Shown here: piece by piece, positions 17,873 to 27,647 of the stretch
Numbering within the stretch: position 1 is the first letter of the stretch
Layout of the letters: each line of letters opens with the position of its first letter
Origin: Candidatus Saccharimonadota bacterium
Lineage (GTDB): Bacteria > Patescibacteriota > Saccharimonadia > Saccharimonadales > Saccharimonadaceae
Direction: 5' to 3'
Assembly (NCBI GenBank): GCA_017561575.1
Contig: JAFZBS010000007.1
Location: forward strand, 15,857 to 79,856
Length of the DNA: 64,000 bases
Notes under the pieces: model-generated
Database searches by the model: none
Told to the model about the DNA's origin: nothing
What the model saw: the letters and a program-made list of their open reading frames with translations, nothing else
Program-made: the position numbers and the translations under genes

Positions 17873-18410
17873 GTTGGCGCAACATTTTTTACGTTCTCCA
17901 AGACTGGCTTTGATGTTGATTGGACACTCAAATTTGAAAAAAAGAGATTTGGTGGTAGAGATTGGGGCGGGGTCTGGAGTAATTACGAGCGCGCTGTCAA
18001 AACGCGTGCGACAAGTGATTGCGATTGAGCCAGATGCTACAACTGTAGCAAAACTAACAGAGAATTTGTCAAAAAGAGGAATTACTAACGTGACGGTGGC
18101 ACAAAAGGAATTTCAGGATTTTGAACTGCCAGATGAGCCATATAAAGTGTTTGCGAATCCGCCATTTCATTTGAGCTCGGAGATTTTGCATAAATTGATT
18201 GAAGATAAAAATCCGCCGGAGGCGATTTATCTGATTTTACAGAAGCAGTTTGCGTTGAAACTACTGAATAACACTAGACATTATACTTCGCAACTGGGGT
18301 TTCAATTGACACAGGATTATGAAACTAAGATACGTTTGCCTTTGAAACCGAATGATTTTACGCCTCCACCGGCGGTGCCGTGTGTGTTTTTTGAAGCAAA
18401 GAAAAAGTAG
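17859..18410 (+). CDS. Second rRNA adenine N6-methyltransferase (Erm/KsgA family), catalytic domain only
   Basis: AQHFL, VEIGAGSG, FANPPF and FTPPPAV. Ends without the C-terminal helical domain. Confidence 0.82.
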   Translation: MRDYRLAQHFLRSPRLALMLIGHSNLKKRDLVVEIGAGSGVITSALSKRVRQVIAIEPDATTVAKLTENLSKRGITNVTVAQKEFQDFELPDEPYKVFANPPFHLSSEILHKLIEDKNPPEAIYLILQKQFALKLLNNTRHYTSQLGFQLTQDYETKIRLPLKPNDFTPPPAVPCVFFEAKKK

Positions 18411-18433
18411 ATAGAGGCACTATTTGCTAAAAC

Positions 18434-19174
18434 TTAAAAATCTGTTATAATATAATTTTTGACTAAATCGTAGAGATCCTTATGCGCCAGTTCAAACGAA
18501 TCGCGACCACGTTCTGAAAAATCTTTCACCAACTGATAGTACTCAAGCCCATGAGGGTCACCTTCCAATTCGGTCCAATCGAGCATAAATTTAGCGATTG
18601 ATTTTACAAAATCGTAGGCCACGACATCAGCTATGTCGTCAGTGAAATTGTAGTAAACCAGCCGATGTTTTTCTGGACCAATGAGATAATCGTCGGGCGA
18701 AAAGATCGGATATCTAACTATGGGACTGTCTCCGCCAGCTGCAATGAGCTCAAAAAAGCCGTAGAGCTTGAAGAGACGCCCCATGATCCAGACACTAGTG
18801 CGAGCGTCGATTGTGACATTTGCATGAAGTTTTGCAAGCGGGGTTAGCTCACTGAGGTCGATATCGGGCATCGTGAGTACGTTGATGCGCCGGTCGTCTT
18901 GAGTGGGCTCCATAAACGAAGTTTCAATTTTAGCAAAGAGCCAGTTGTAGCTTGTTCCCGGTACGCCTCCTTTTTTCTCGAATGTTTCAATTTCGTCTGC
19001 GAGTAAGCTCATTTGATAGAGCTTGGCAGATTCTTTGGCCAGGACAACACCGTCTTCGAAAGTTTTTGCGACTTTTAAGATTACCGATTGTCCGTCTGCT
19101 TTTTTGCCGAGGTAGATACGAAATTTTGAGGATTCGCCAATGCGTGTACCCACCTCGATGTCTTTTACCTTCAA
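18434..19174 (-). CDS. Degenerate protein-kinase-like fold protein
   Basis: IG...IYLG, VILKVA with a helix-C Glu, and IDARTSVWIMGRL. No HRD or DFG motif. Confidence 0.5.
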   Translation of the reverse strand: MKVKDIEVGTRIGESSKFRIYLGKKADGQSVILKVAKTFEDGVVLAKESAKLYQMSLLADEIETFEKKGGVPGTSYNWLFAKIETSFMEPTQDDRRINVLTMPDIDLSELTPLAKLHANVTIDARTSVWIMGRLFKLYGFFELIAAGGDSPIVRYPIFSPDDYLIGPEKHRLVYYNFTDDIADVVAYDFVKSIAKFMLDWTELEGDPHGLEYYQLVKDFSERGRDSFELAHKDLYDLVKNYIITDF

Positions 19175-19371
19175 TTTTTGTCACCTCTCCCCTGATTATA
19201 GAATCAAGATATTAAAATACTATGCCTCTCATATAGTGATGCATTGATAATATTTTGTCACGATATGGATAATTAGTCAAGAGTGGATAAGATATAGTAT
19301 AGATAAAATGTCATCAATGTACGGATTGAATTGACTAACCAATTATTATATTATATAATATAGGTAAATAA

Positions 19372-20295
19372 TTGTTGTTTTTTAGCAATTCGTATTTTAA
19401 AAAGGCGGTGTTTTCTTTGGATAAATTTCTTGATTCTGGTGTCACATGGGTCATTGTTGGCGTTATTATAGGATTTTTTGCAGGTGTTTTGCTAGGAACG
19501 ATTTCTGATACTATTTCGAGCATTCGCGAGCGTGCGGCTAGGAAGTATTTTGACAACTTGGCAGAGGAGCATAAAGATTTATGGTTTCACGGTTTTAAGG
19601 TGACGCGTTTTTTTAAAAATGATGCGTTTTTCCGTTTTCAAAAATGGCTTGGCGGCGGAATTTGCTATGAAATGGCGGCATTAATGATGATCTTGCTTAA
19701 GAGCAATCGTAGTGCTGTGCTGTATCGAGGAGATTATTTCGTAAATGATGAGCTTCAGACACATCATTCTTGGGTGGAATTTAAGGTGCCTGGTGCCGGT
19801 GTTTTTGTTGCTGATTTTGCTTGGATAAATGAATTTGTAAAGAAAAAAGAATATTTCAGAGAGATGACAAAAGACAGCCGTGGCAAAAGTAGCTTGATAG
19901 TTCGTTTTAAATGTAGCTATGATGAGTTTTGGGCGATGCCATGGCCGAATATTGTTTATGAAAAAATGAAACATCAGGAGAAATCAAGGTTGTTAATGGC
20001 CTTGGCGGCTTTTGGCGATTCGAGTAGTGATGATTATGGATTCCCTAAAATCGTGACTGACACATCAAGCGTGCTTGACGCAGAGACGATTGATTGGGTG
20101 GGAGAATTCATGGAGCCATACATTTATGGTGGTGAGAGCCATCGTATTATTTCCACTGCGATTTTGCGGGATTTTGCGAAAAAAAATTCACGCAAGCAAC
20201 CTCGAGCGAGAAATATCCGTAAGTCAATGTATGTTTTGAAATTGATTGAGAAAGAAAAGAAGAAGATATCGGCTAAAGAATCCCCGCAGACTTAA
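19372..20295 (+). CDS. Membrane-anchored protein with a transglutaminase/papain-like Cys-His-Asp triad
   Basis: TM helix followed by GGICYE, HHSWVE and VADF. Start uncertain. Confidence 0.55.
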   Translation: MLFFSNSYFKKAVFSLDKFLDSGVTWVIVGVIIGFFAGVLLGTISDTISSIRERAARKYFDNLAEEHKDLWFHGFKVTRFFKNDAFFRFQKWLGGGICYEMAALMMILLKSNRSAVLYRGDYFVNDELQTHHSWVEFKVPGAGVFVADFAWINEFVKKKEYFREMTKDSRGKSSLIVRFKCSYDEFWAMPWPNIVYEKMKHQEKSRLLMALAAFGDSSSDDYGFPKIVTDTSSVLDAETIDWVGEFMEPYIYGGESHRIISTAILRDFAKKNSRKQPRARNIRKSMYVLKLIEKEKKKISAKESPQT

Positions 20296-20483
20296 AGTCG
20301 GCGGGGATTTTTGATGTCATAGAAATATAGTGGAATTAAAAGTTTGACTTTTTGGTGTTTTGTGATATGATATCTTTGTGGTGCTTTTGCGAAATTTAGC
20401 ACCAAGTATTTTGTAAAGGTAGGTAATTGTTTATGAATTACTAGTTTTTCTACGATCTTGATGGTATTATTCTGCAGAGGAGG

Positions 20484-20732
20484 ATGGATGAGTTGGACCG
20501 AGAAGCGTTTTTAAAATCACGCTTTGAAACCCTGTTGGACGAATTTGAGGGAGCCGATACGCTGGAGCTTTATGACATTAACGCGGAAGCGGAAGAATAC
20601 TTTAGAGAATTTTTGGAAGCTGGTTTCGATGCTGACCTTGTGGCGATGCTGCTTGCGCCTGATGACGTGGTTCGACACTACGCTGAACTCACTGAATACG
20701 GCGCTACGATTGACATCGAGGATTTGATTTAG
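20484..20732 (+). CDS. Small acidic hypothetical protein
   Basis: SD GGAGG, its own promoter and a downstream hairpin. Confidence 0.6.
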   Translation: MDELDREAFLKSRFETLLDEFEGADTLELYDINAEAEEYFREFLEAGFDADLVAMLLAPDDVVRHYAELTEYGATIDIEDLI

Positions 20733-20868
20733 CATTTTAATATTAAGTTTCCTAAGAAAACTAAACAAGCAATTTAATCCTGATTAAAATGTCCTCGGCA
20801 GCCAGCCGAGGCTTTTTATTTATTAAGGCGGTTGTTTTGGTAAAAATTTTTTATGCTATAATGGAGTT

Positions 20869-21001
20869 GTCTCATGCTATACTTCGGTCACTGGCAATGA
20901 GAAAAGTTTAAGGTTGCGGCTATTGTCATTTATGGTCGTAACTAAGAGCCAATAAATATAAGGCTCACATAAATGACTCTATTAATTAATTTAAGGAGTC
21001 A
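20869..21001 (+). promoter_or_regulatory. Structured 5' leader, candidate riboswitch-like element
   Basis: Three stem-loops, a loop-to-downstream pairing, and an SD-sequestering stem TGACTC/GAGTCA. Confidence 0.45.
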
Positions 21002-21004
21002 ATT

Positions 21005-21259
21005 ATGAAAAACTTTAACAAAAACAACAAAATAGAGAGGGTCGAGGTTATGGCACTTTTCGGCTATGAGATGACCCCATGTCAGCCTTTGAATTTTAGG
21101 CGACAGGGAGAATCTGAGACCGAAATTACCGAGCTTTTACAAACCCATATTCGGTTTGTGGGCGAGGTGGCACTTCATATCTTCGATATATTAGTTGGTC
21201 GGGAAAAAATGACACTCGAGTTTAACTCGCGTGACCTTTCCTGGCACCTCACACAATAA
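21005..21259 (+). CDS. Small beta-rich hypothetical protein (DUF6504-like pattern)
   Basis: SD AAGGAG, pattern P..F...F.I......LEF...L.W.L, and a terminator at 21259-21286. Confidence 0.65.
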   Translation: MKNFNKNNKIERVEVMALFGYEMTPCQPLNFRRQGESETEITELLQTHIRFVGEVALHIFDILVGREKMTLEFNSRDLSWHLTQ

Positions 21260-21386
21260 AATTAGCCCCTTAAAGGGGCTAATTTTATTAGGAGAATTAT
21301 GATATAAGCATTGACATTTTAAGGGAAGTGTGGTATAATGTAAGGAGAGTTTGGGGGATTAAAACTAGCAGATTAAAAGGGAGGAT

Positions 21387-23051
21387 TTGAGGATGTATTC
21401 GTTTGAGAAGGAAAACGGGCTGTCTGAAAAATATATAAAAAGGTTGCCCGTGAAGGAAGTACTATTCGCGTTAATCCCACTAGCAGTTTCTGTCTTGATT
21501 ATGATGGGGATTGAATACCTGGCGCTGCCCGCCTTGACCCTGCGAAGCCCTGGCTTTGCTTGGTTTGTGGTGGCGGGGATTGCAATCCTCGCGATTTCTT
21601 ATGCGGTCTTCTTTCAATTGATGGACTGGGATGGCTTTTGGCTTGTCCCCTGGATTGTATTGGGGGCGGTCATCCTGATTGCCTTAGTCATGGGAATGAC
21701 GTCGTGGACGTGTTTCCATGCACCGAAGGCGGTAGCGGTGGCAGATGTGACTGTGAGCGAAACAGCGGTTACGGAAGCTTTCCCGGATCTTGCAGAAGCA
21801 GGGAGCGTGGAAAGCCTCGCCCTAGTGGATTTAGATTCGGCGGTTATGCTCGGCGATAAAAAGGTTGCCGGGCTGAAAAATGCCTCCTGGTACGACATCA
21901 ACAAGGATTACAACCTGATTCAATATCAGGGGAAAATTTACCGTTTGAGCTTCCTGGAATACGGTGGCCTCCGCAAGTGGTGGAAGGCTAAGTATGATGG
22001 TATTCCCGGGTATGTTCTGGTGGAATGCACCCCCGAGGGCGGTGTAGTTTCTCAAAGCGCCACCCTGGTGGAGCTTGAAGAGCCGATCCGCTACTCCGAA
22101 GGTGCCTACTTTGGACATGACCTCCGGCGTCACTTGAGACGTCAGTACCCTCAGTATATGTTTGACGAATCGCGTCCGGAAATTGACGACAATGGTACGC
22201 CGTACTATGTGACCGGCGTGCTACGTCCTACGTGTGGCGTATGGGGCGTAAGGACCGTGTCTAGCGTTATCCTGACCAACGCCCAGACCGGAGAATCTGC
22301 CGAATATGCGGTGGACCAGGTACCTGAATGGGTAGACAACATCTACTCTCTAGATTATCTGATGGACATCGCTGGGTGGCATTATGCCTACCGTAGAGGA
22401 TGGTGGAATGCCGTCTTTGGCGGAAAGACCGACGTGTGGTATACATCATATCATTATCGTGATAGCCGGTCTAATTCTGACGACGGGAAGTTTGCCAACT
22501 TTTACGGCTATAGTGCGACCGTCGTTAATGGCCGGGTTACTTTGTACACCGGTCTGACGGCGGCTAACTCTGCAGAATCTAACCTCGGATGGCTATTGTT
22601 GGATGCCCGGAGTGGCAAGATGACCCAATATGCTGTGGTTGGCGCCGAAGAAAGCTCGGCGCAGGCTGCGGCGGAACAACTGGTCTCTGCCTACAGATAC
22701 CAGGCGACGTTCCCGTTGCCGGTCAACGTTGGCGGAGAGCCGACGTACTTGATGTGTCTCAAAGGCGCAGCGGGTATTGTGCAGGGTTATGCTCTGTGTA
22801 ACGTGGACAATTATGCGATAGTTGTGCAAGCGGAGACTCTGCCCGAGGCTATCGGTCAGTATCTGGCGAAATTGGGGCACACTCAGGTGGCGCCCCCCAT
22901 ACAAAGTGCGCCCACGGACGAGTACGTTGGCGCCGAAGTCTTCTTCGATGGTGAAGTGGTGAACACGTACACTATCGAAGTGAACGGAACGACGCAAATA
23001 TACTTCGAAATGGATGACGGCAGCGTATATGTTGTCGTCAAGATTAAATAA
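21387..23051 (+). CDS. Membrane protein with three N-terminal TM segments and a large extracellular domain; GC-richer than flanks
   Basis: Long ORF with SD GGAGG, TTGACA-17-TATAAT promoter at 21311-21339, and terminator at 23066-23092. Confidence 0.8.
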   Translation: MRMYSFEKENGLSEKYIKRLPVKEVLFALIPLAVSVLIMMGIEYLALPALTLRSPGFAWFVVAGIAILAISYAVFFQLMDWDGFWLVPWIVLGAVILIALVMGMTSWTCFHAPKAVAVADVTVSETAVTEAFPDLAEAGSVESLALVDLDSAVMLGDKKVAGLKNASWYDINKDYNLIQYQGKIYRLSFLEYGGLRKWWKAKYDGIPGYVLVECTPEGGVVSQSATLVELEEPIRYSEGAYFGHDLRRHLRRQYPQYMFDESRPEIDDNGTPYYVTGVLRPTCGVWGVRTVSSVILTNAQTGESAEYAVDQVPEWVDNIYSLDYLMDIAGWHYAYRRGWWNAVFGGKTDVWYTSYHYRDSRSNSDDGKFANFYGYSATVVNGRVTLYTGLTAANSAESNLGWLLLDARSGKMTQYAVVGAEESSAQAAAEQLVSAYRYQATFPLPVNVGGEPTYLMCLKGAAGIVQGYALCNVDNYAIVVQAETLPEAIGQYLAKLGHTQVAPPIQSAPTDEYVGAEVFFDGEVVNTYTIEVNGTTQIYFEMDDGSVYVVVKIK

Positions 23052-23113
23052 TCCCCCTTACTCTAAAAGGAGGCCTCCCCGGCCTCCTTTTCCATTTGTG
23101 TTATAATGTTAAT

Positions 23114-24184
23114 ATGCAAGATTTGAAGAAAAGACTAGAAGTGCTCCGGGATGATTTTTTGAAGATTTACGAGCGGCTTAAAATTGACGAAAAATTGGCG
23201 GATTTGGCAGAGCTTGAAAAGGAAGTGGCGGAGCCGGAAATTTGGCGAGACGTGACGAGGGCAACAGAAAAGAATCAGGAGCTAGCAAAACTGAAAGATG
23301 AAACGGAAGCCTGGATACTTTTAAAAACTCAGATTAATGATATGAGTGAGCTTCTTGAGATGGCCGATGAGGATTTGAAAGATGAGATGAGTGAGCAGAT
23401 TGAGGCGATGGAAAAACAGCTAATAGAGCTAAGAAAGGCGCTTCGATTTACTGGGCGATATGATGCAAGTGATGCGATTGTAAGGATTACTTCTGGGGCT
23501 GGGGGGACAGAAGCAATGGATTGGGCGGGGATGCTTGAGAGAATGTATCTTAGGTTTTTTGAAAGGAAGGGTTTTAAGGTAACATGCCTCGAAAAAGTGG
23601 CTGGTGAAGAGGCTGGAATAAAGACTGCGGTGTATGAGGTGAGTGGCACGAATGTATATGGTACTTTAAAATCCGAGCATGGCGTACATCGTTTGGTGCG
23701 CCTTTCGCCGTTTAATGCGAATAATTTGCGCCAGACTTCGTTTGCGCTGGTTGAAGTTTTGCCAGTAATTAAAGCCGACACGGAGGTGGTGATTGATGAC
23801 AAGGATCTTAGGATTGATGTGTATCATTCGGGTGGACATGGTGGGCAGTCGGTGAATACGACTAATTCGGCGGTACGAATTACTCATATCCCAACAAACA
23901 CCGTGGTGGCGATTCAGAATGAACGTTCGCAGCTGCAAAATAAAGAGAAAGCGATGGAGATTCTGCGAGGTAAGCTAGCACAGATGCAAATGGAGCAGCA
24001 TGCGGCGACGATTGGGGAGCTGCGCGCTGGCGAGTCGGCGGGTTGGGGGCAGCAGATTCGTAATTATGTGATGCAGCCGTATAAGTTGGTTAAGGATACG
24101 CGTACTGGATGCGAAACATCTGATGTAGATGCGGTTTTAAATGGTGAAATAGATGATTTTATTGACAAATATTTAGAAATGTGA
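23114..24184 (+). CDS. prfB: Peptide chain release factor 2, no programmed frameshift
   Basis: SPF and GGQ motifs in one continuous ORF. Confidence 0.96.
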   Translation: MQDLKKRLEVLRDDFLKIYERLKIDEKLADLAELEKEVAEPEIWRDVTRATEKNQELAKLKDETEAWILLKTQINDMSELLEMADEDLKDEMSEQIEAMEKQLIELRKALRFTGRYDASDAIVRITSGAGGTEAMDWAGMLERMYLRFFERKGFKVTCLEKVAGEEAGIKTAVYEVSGTNVYGTLKSEHGVHRLVRLSPFNANNLRQTSFALVEVLPVIKADTEVVIDDKDLRIDVYHSGGHGGQSVNTTNSAVRITHIPTNTVVAIQNERSQLQNKEKAMEILRGKLAQMQMEQHAATIGELRAGESAGWGQQIRNYVMQPYKLVKDTRTGCETSDVDAVLNGEIDDFIDKYLEM

Positions 24185-24268
24185 TATAATGGAAGGATAG
24201 GGCTGATTTAAGGCTCTATTTTTTATTTTACTCTTGTATTTGGTTTTTTAATGTGATATAATGTAGGG

Positions 24269-24440
24269 GTTAGTCCTAGACATAAGGATAGGTCTGTTAT
24301 TTCACGGACAGAAACCAGCCTAAAAGTCTAGTTTTAATAGTGCCGTTTTGCCTGTTGTACAGAGGCGAAACGACAGCCGAAAAGGAGCCGCTTATAGGGC
24401 GGACAGGGCTAATAAAAACAGATATGTGGAGTCTGTTTTT
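24269..24440 (+). promoter_or_regulatory. Structured leader RNA of the rplC operon
   Basis: TTGTAT-17-TATAAT at 24234-24262, followed by multiple nested complementary segments. Confidence 0.5.
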
Positions 24441-24478
24441 ACAATAAAACAACAAATTTTTTAAAGGAAAGGTAAGAA

Positions 24479-25099
24479 ATGCAAGTCATTCTCGGCACCA
24501 AGATTGGTATGACCCAGATTATCGGCGAAAATGGCGTGGTTACTCCAGTGACCATTCTACAAGCCGGTCCGTGCACAGTGACTCAGATAAAGACTGTCGA
24601 AAGCGATGGTTATAATGCTGTGCAAGTGGGCTATGGTCAGGGTAAGAATCTGAGCAAGTCGGTTGCTGGCCACGTGAAAAAGGCCGGTGAAAATATAAAT
24701 CCTAAAGTTCTCAAAGAATTTCGCGTAGATGAAATTCCAGAGGGCATGAAGCTAGGCGACACTCTTACGGTGGAAAGTTTTAAGCTTGGCGATAAGGTAG
24801 CTGTGACTGGTACGAGCAAAGGTAAAGGTTTTGCCGGTACGGTGAAGCGTTGGAATTTCCAAGAATCTCGTAACACGCACGGTTTTAAGGGTGACATTAG
24901 GAAAGTTGGCTCAATTGGGTCAATGTATCCGCAAAAAGTATTTAAAGGCAAAAGAATGCCAGGTCGTATGGGACATGACACTGTGACGGTCAAGAATTTG
25001 GAGGTTACATATATTGATGCAGCTAACAACCTGATTGGTCTTAAAGGTGCAGTGCCGGGTCCTAAGAAGGGCGTTGTAACTGTGGAGGGAAAGGAGTAA
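24479..25099 (+). CDS. rplC: 50S ribosomal protein L3
   Basis: LGTKIGMTQ and GTSKGKGFAG. Confidence 0.98.
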   Translation: MQVILGTKIGMTQIIGENGVVTPVTILQAGPCTVTQIKTVESDGYNAVQVGYGQGKNLSKSVAGHVKKAGENINPKVLKEFRVDEIPEGMKLGDTLTVESFKLGDKVAVTGTSKGKGFAGTVKRWNFQESRNTHGFKGDIRKVGSIGSMYPQKVFKGKRMPGRMGHDTVTVKNLEVTYIDAANNLIGLKGAVPGPKKGVVTVEGKE

Positions 25100-25100
25100 T

Positions 25101-25697
25101 ATGGCTACACTTCAAAAAGAAATATTCGGTCTCTCCGTAGAAAATCATGAGCTAGTTAAACTTGCTTATGATGCATATCTTGCAAACTCAAGGAGCTCAC
25201 ATGCGAAAACTTTGAAGCGTGGTGAGGTTTCTGGTGGCGGCAAGAAGCCATGGAAGCAAAAAGGCACCGGTAGAGCACGTTTTGGCTCAACTCGTAACCC
25301 GATTTGGCGCCATGGTGGTGTGGCATTTGGTCGCACCGGTGAAGAAAATTTCACCAAAAAGGTTTCAAAAGCTTCAAAGAAATTGGCGGTTTGCCAGGCT
25401 TTGTCAATGAAGAATGCAGAGAAGGCGGTGATTGTTTTGCCAGCCGACACTAAGCTAGACGGCAAGACTAAGACGGCTGCTAAAATCTTGAAAGATCTGA
25501 AACTTGAAGGCAAGTATGTGCTTGCGGTTGTGGCAGAAAAAACCCCAGAAATTTTGCGTTCAACCAATAATTTGGCTGATGTGAAATTGGTACGTGCTAC
25601 TTATCTAAATGTATTTGACATTATGAATGCAGATGCAATTGTATTTTCAGAAGCTGGCCTCACGGCTGCAACTGAATGGTTGAAAGGAGATAAGTAA
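25101..25697 (+). CDS. rplD: 50S ribosomal protein L4
   Basis: RGEVSGGGKKPWKQKGTGRAR. Confidence 0.98.
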   Translation: MATLQKEIFGLSVENHELVKLAYDAYLANSRSSHAKTLKRGEVSGGGKKPWKQKGTGRARFGSTRNPIWRHGGVAFGRTGEENFTKKVSKASKKLAVCQALSMKNAEKAVIVLPADTKLDGKTKTAAKILKDLKLEGKYVLAVVAEKTPEILRSTNNLADVKLVRATYLNVFDIMNADAIVFSEAGLTAATEWLKGDK

Positions 25698-26089
25698 TGG
25701 CGGACAAGAAGACTGCAGAGGTGAAGCTACACATGCTAGGGCCACGTGCAACCGAAAAAACCTATCTTGAGCAAACAAAGCGAACCTATGTTTTTCCAGT
25801 AAAGAAGAGCATGGGTAAGCAAGCAATTGCCAAGATGGTGGAAGAAGAATTTAATGTCAAGGTTACAGATGTAAGGACTTTGATTCGTGACGGTAAAAAG
25901 ACTAAATTTAGCAAAGGTAAGCATGCTTATCCTGGTATTACGCATCGTCAAGATAAGAAATATGCATATGTAACTCTTGCTGAAGGCAATTCAATCAGAG
26001 TGTTTGATGAGCCAGAGAAAGAAGAAAAGAAAACCAGCGCAAAGGAAGCCAAAAAGGCAGACAAGAATGCAGGGAAGGAGAATAAATAA
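25697..26089 (+). CDS. rplW: 50S ribosomal protein L23 with a charged C-terminal extension
   Basis: TEK...YVF.V...K..I...F.V.V..V.T...KYAYVTL; position in the operon. Confidence 0.93.
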   Translation: MADKKTAEVKLHMLGPRATEKTYLEQTKRTYVFPVKKSMGKQAIAKMVEEEFNVKVTDVRTLIRDGKKTKFSKGKHAYPGITHRQDKKYAYVTLAEGNSIRVFDEPEKEEKKTSAKEAKKADKNAGKENK

Positions 26090-26925
26090 TGGCAATTAAA
26101 GCTTATCGCCCGATTACGCCGGCACAGAGGCAGAAGACGACAGAGGATTATGATCAGATTACGACTAATAAGCCGATGAAGTCTCTTCTTAAAGCCAAAA
26201 AACAGCAGGCGGGCAAAAACAACCAGGGTCGCATCACGGTGCGTCATCGTGGTGGTGGTGTCAAGAGGCACTATCGTATTATGACCTACAATTTGCCAAA
26301 GGATTTGACTTTGACGGTTGAGGAAATTGAATACGACCCAAATCGCTCAGCACGTATTGCTAGAGTTAAAGATCAGAATGGTACATATTATTATGTACTC
26401 GCTGATACTAAGATGACTAAAGGTACTACCTTTAAGACTGGCGACACGGCTGAAGTGGAAGATAGTAATCGTTTGAAGCTTGAAAATATTCCAGTTGGTA
26501 CATTTGTTTATGCAATTGAGCTCGCTCCAGGACGTGGTGCACAAATGGTGCGCGCGGCAGGTGCAGCAGCTCAGTTGATGGCAAAAGAAGATGGCTACGC
26601 TACTTTGAAGATGCCATCTGGTGAAGTACGTAAGGTTTTGCTTGACTGTGAAGCTTCGATTGGTACGGTTTCAAACCTCCAGCATCAGAACGTAAAAATT
26701 GGTGCTGCGGGTCGTCGTCGCCGTAAGGGCATCCGCCCAACGGTACGCGGTGTTGTGATGAACGCAACGGATCACCCACACGGTGGTGGTGACGGTGGTC
26801 GTCACGGTTCTGGCAAGGCGCCACGTACACCATGGGGTCAGCTCACGCTTGGTTACCGTACTCGTCATAATAAGAAAACTAATAAAATGATCGTGCGCAG
26901 TCGCCACGAAGGAAAGAGGAAATAA
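26089..26925 (+). CDS. rplB: 50S ribosomal protein L2
   Basis: IEYDPNRSA and [19 protein letters not shown]. Confidence 0.98.
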   Translation: MAIKAYRPITPAQRQKTTEDYDQITTNKPMKSLLKAKKQQAGKNNQGRITVRHRGGGVKRHYRIMTYNLPKDLTLTVEEIEYDPNRSARIARVKDQNGTYYYVLADTKMTKGTTFKTGDTAEVEDSNRLKLENIPVGTFVYAIELAPGRGAQMVRAAGAAAQLMAKEDGYATLKMPSGEVRKVLLDCEASIGTVSNLQHQNVKIGAAGRRRRKGIRPTVRGVVMNATDHPHGGGDGGRHGSGKAPRTPWGQLTLGYRTRHNKKTNKMIVRSRHEGKRK

Positions 26926-27218
26926 TGTCTCGGAGTCTTAAGAAAGGTCCATTTGTGGACTTCAAACTCGCGAAAAAGATCGCCGCACTTTCCAGCGAAG
27001 ACCGCACCATAGTGAAAACTTGGGCACGTCAATCTACTATTTCACCTGAAATGGTAGGACGAACCATTGCTGTGCATAATGGCAAGGTACATGTACCAGT
27101 GTTTGTTTCAGAAAACATGGTTGGTCATAAGCTTGGTGAATTTGCGCCGACTCGTAAATTTAAGCGCCATGGTGGCAAAAAAGCCGCTGAGGCTGCAGCA
27201 GCGAAAGGAGCTAACTAA
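26925..27218 (+). CDS. rpsS: 30S ribosomal protein S19
   Basis: [12 protein letters not shown] and [11 protein letters not shown]. Confidence 0.98.
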   Translation: MSRSLKKGPFVDFKLAKKIAALSSEDRTIVKTWARQSTISPEMVGRTIAVHNGKVHVPVFVSENMVGHKLGEFAPTRKFKRHGGKKAAEAAAAKGAN

Positions 27219-27220
27219 TT

Positions 27221-27646
27221 ATGGCTACCTATTTTGCACATGCTTATGAAAAAGGTATTGATTCTTTACCACGCAAGACTAGTATTGTAGCGTCACTTGT
27301 TCGTGATCGATACGTAGCTGATGCGGTGGTAATTCTTGAAAATACCCCACGTAGAGCAGCAAGAGCTGTTTTAAAGGCAGTAGAATCTGCGAATGCAAAT
27401 CTACTTAATAATTCGAAAGTGTCAATTGATCCAAAAACCATCCGTATTGCGAGAATTTTCGTGACGAGTGGTACGAGAATGCGCCGTTATGTACCCGCAT
27501 CTCGCGGTCGTGCGCTTCCATATGAGAAGATTTCAAGTAATTTATTCGTCGAGGTCGCCGGCGAAGAAAAAGTAAAGAAAGTCGCTGATAAGCCAGCAGA
27601 AAAGCCCGAAAAGGCTAAGGCTGCAGCGAAGAAGGAGAATAAGTAA
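27221..27646 (+). CDS. rplV: 50S ribosomal protein L22
   Basis: PRK...V..L.R, SA.AN and PASRGRA; position in the operon. Confidence 0.93.
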   Translation: MATYFAHAYEKGIDSLPRKTSIVASLVRDRYVADAVVILENTPRRAARAVLKAVESANANLLNNSKVSIDPKTIRIARIFVTSGTRMRRYVPASRGRALPYEKISSNLFVEVAGEEKVKKVADKPAEKPEKAKAAAKKENK

Positions 27647-27647
27647 T

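Noticed and set aside
23114-23200. Programmed +1 frameshift in prfB
   Set aside because: No CTT-TGA site; the ORF is continuous.
24196-24225. tmRNA-like GGGCTGATT start
   Set aside because: It forms a short ATAGGGC/GCTCTAT hairpin with a T-tract, and no tmRNA 3' end follows.
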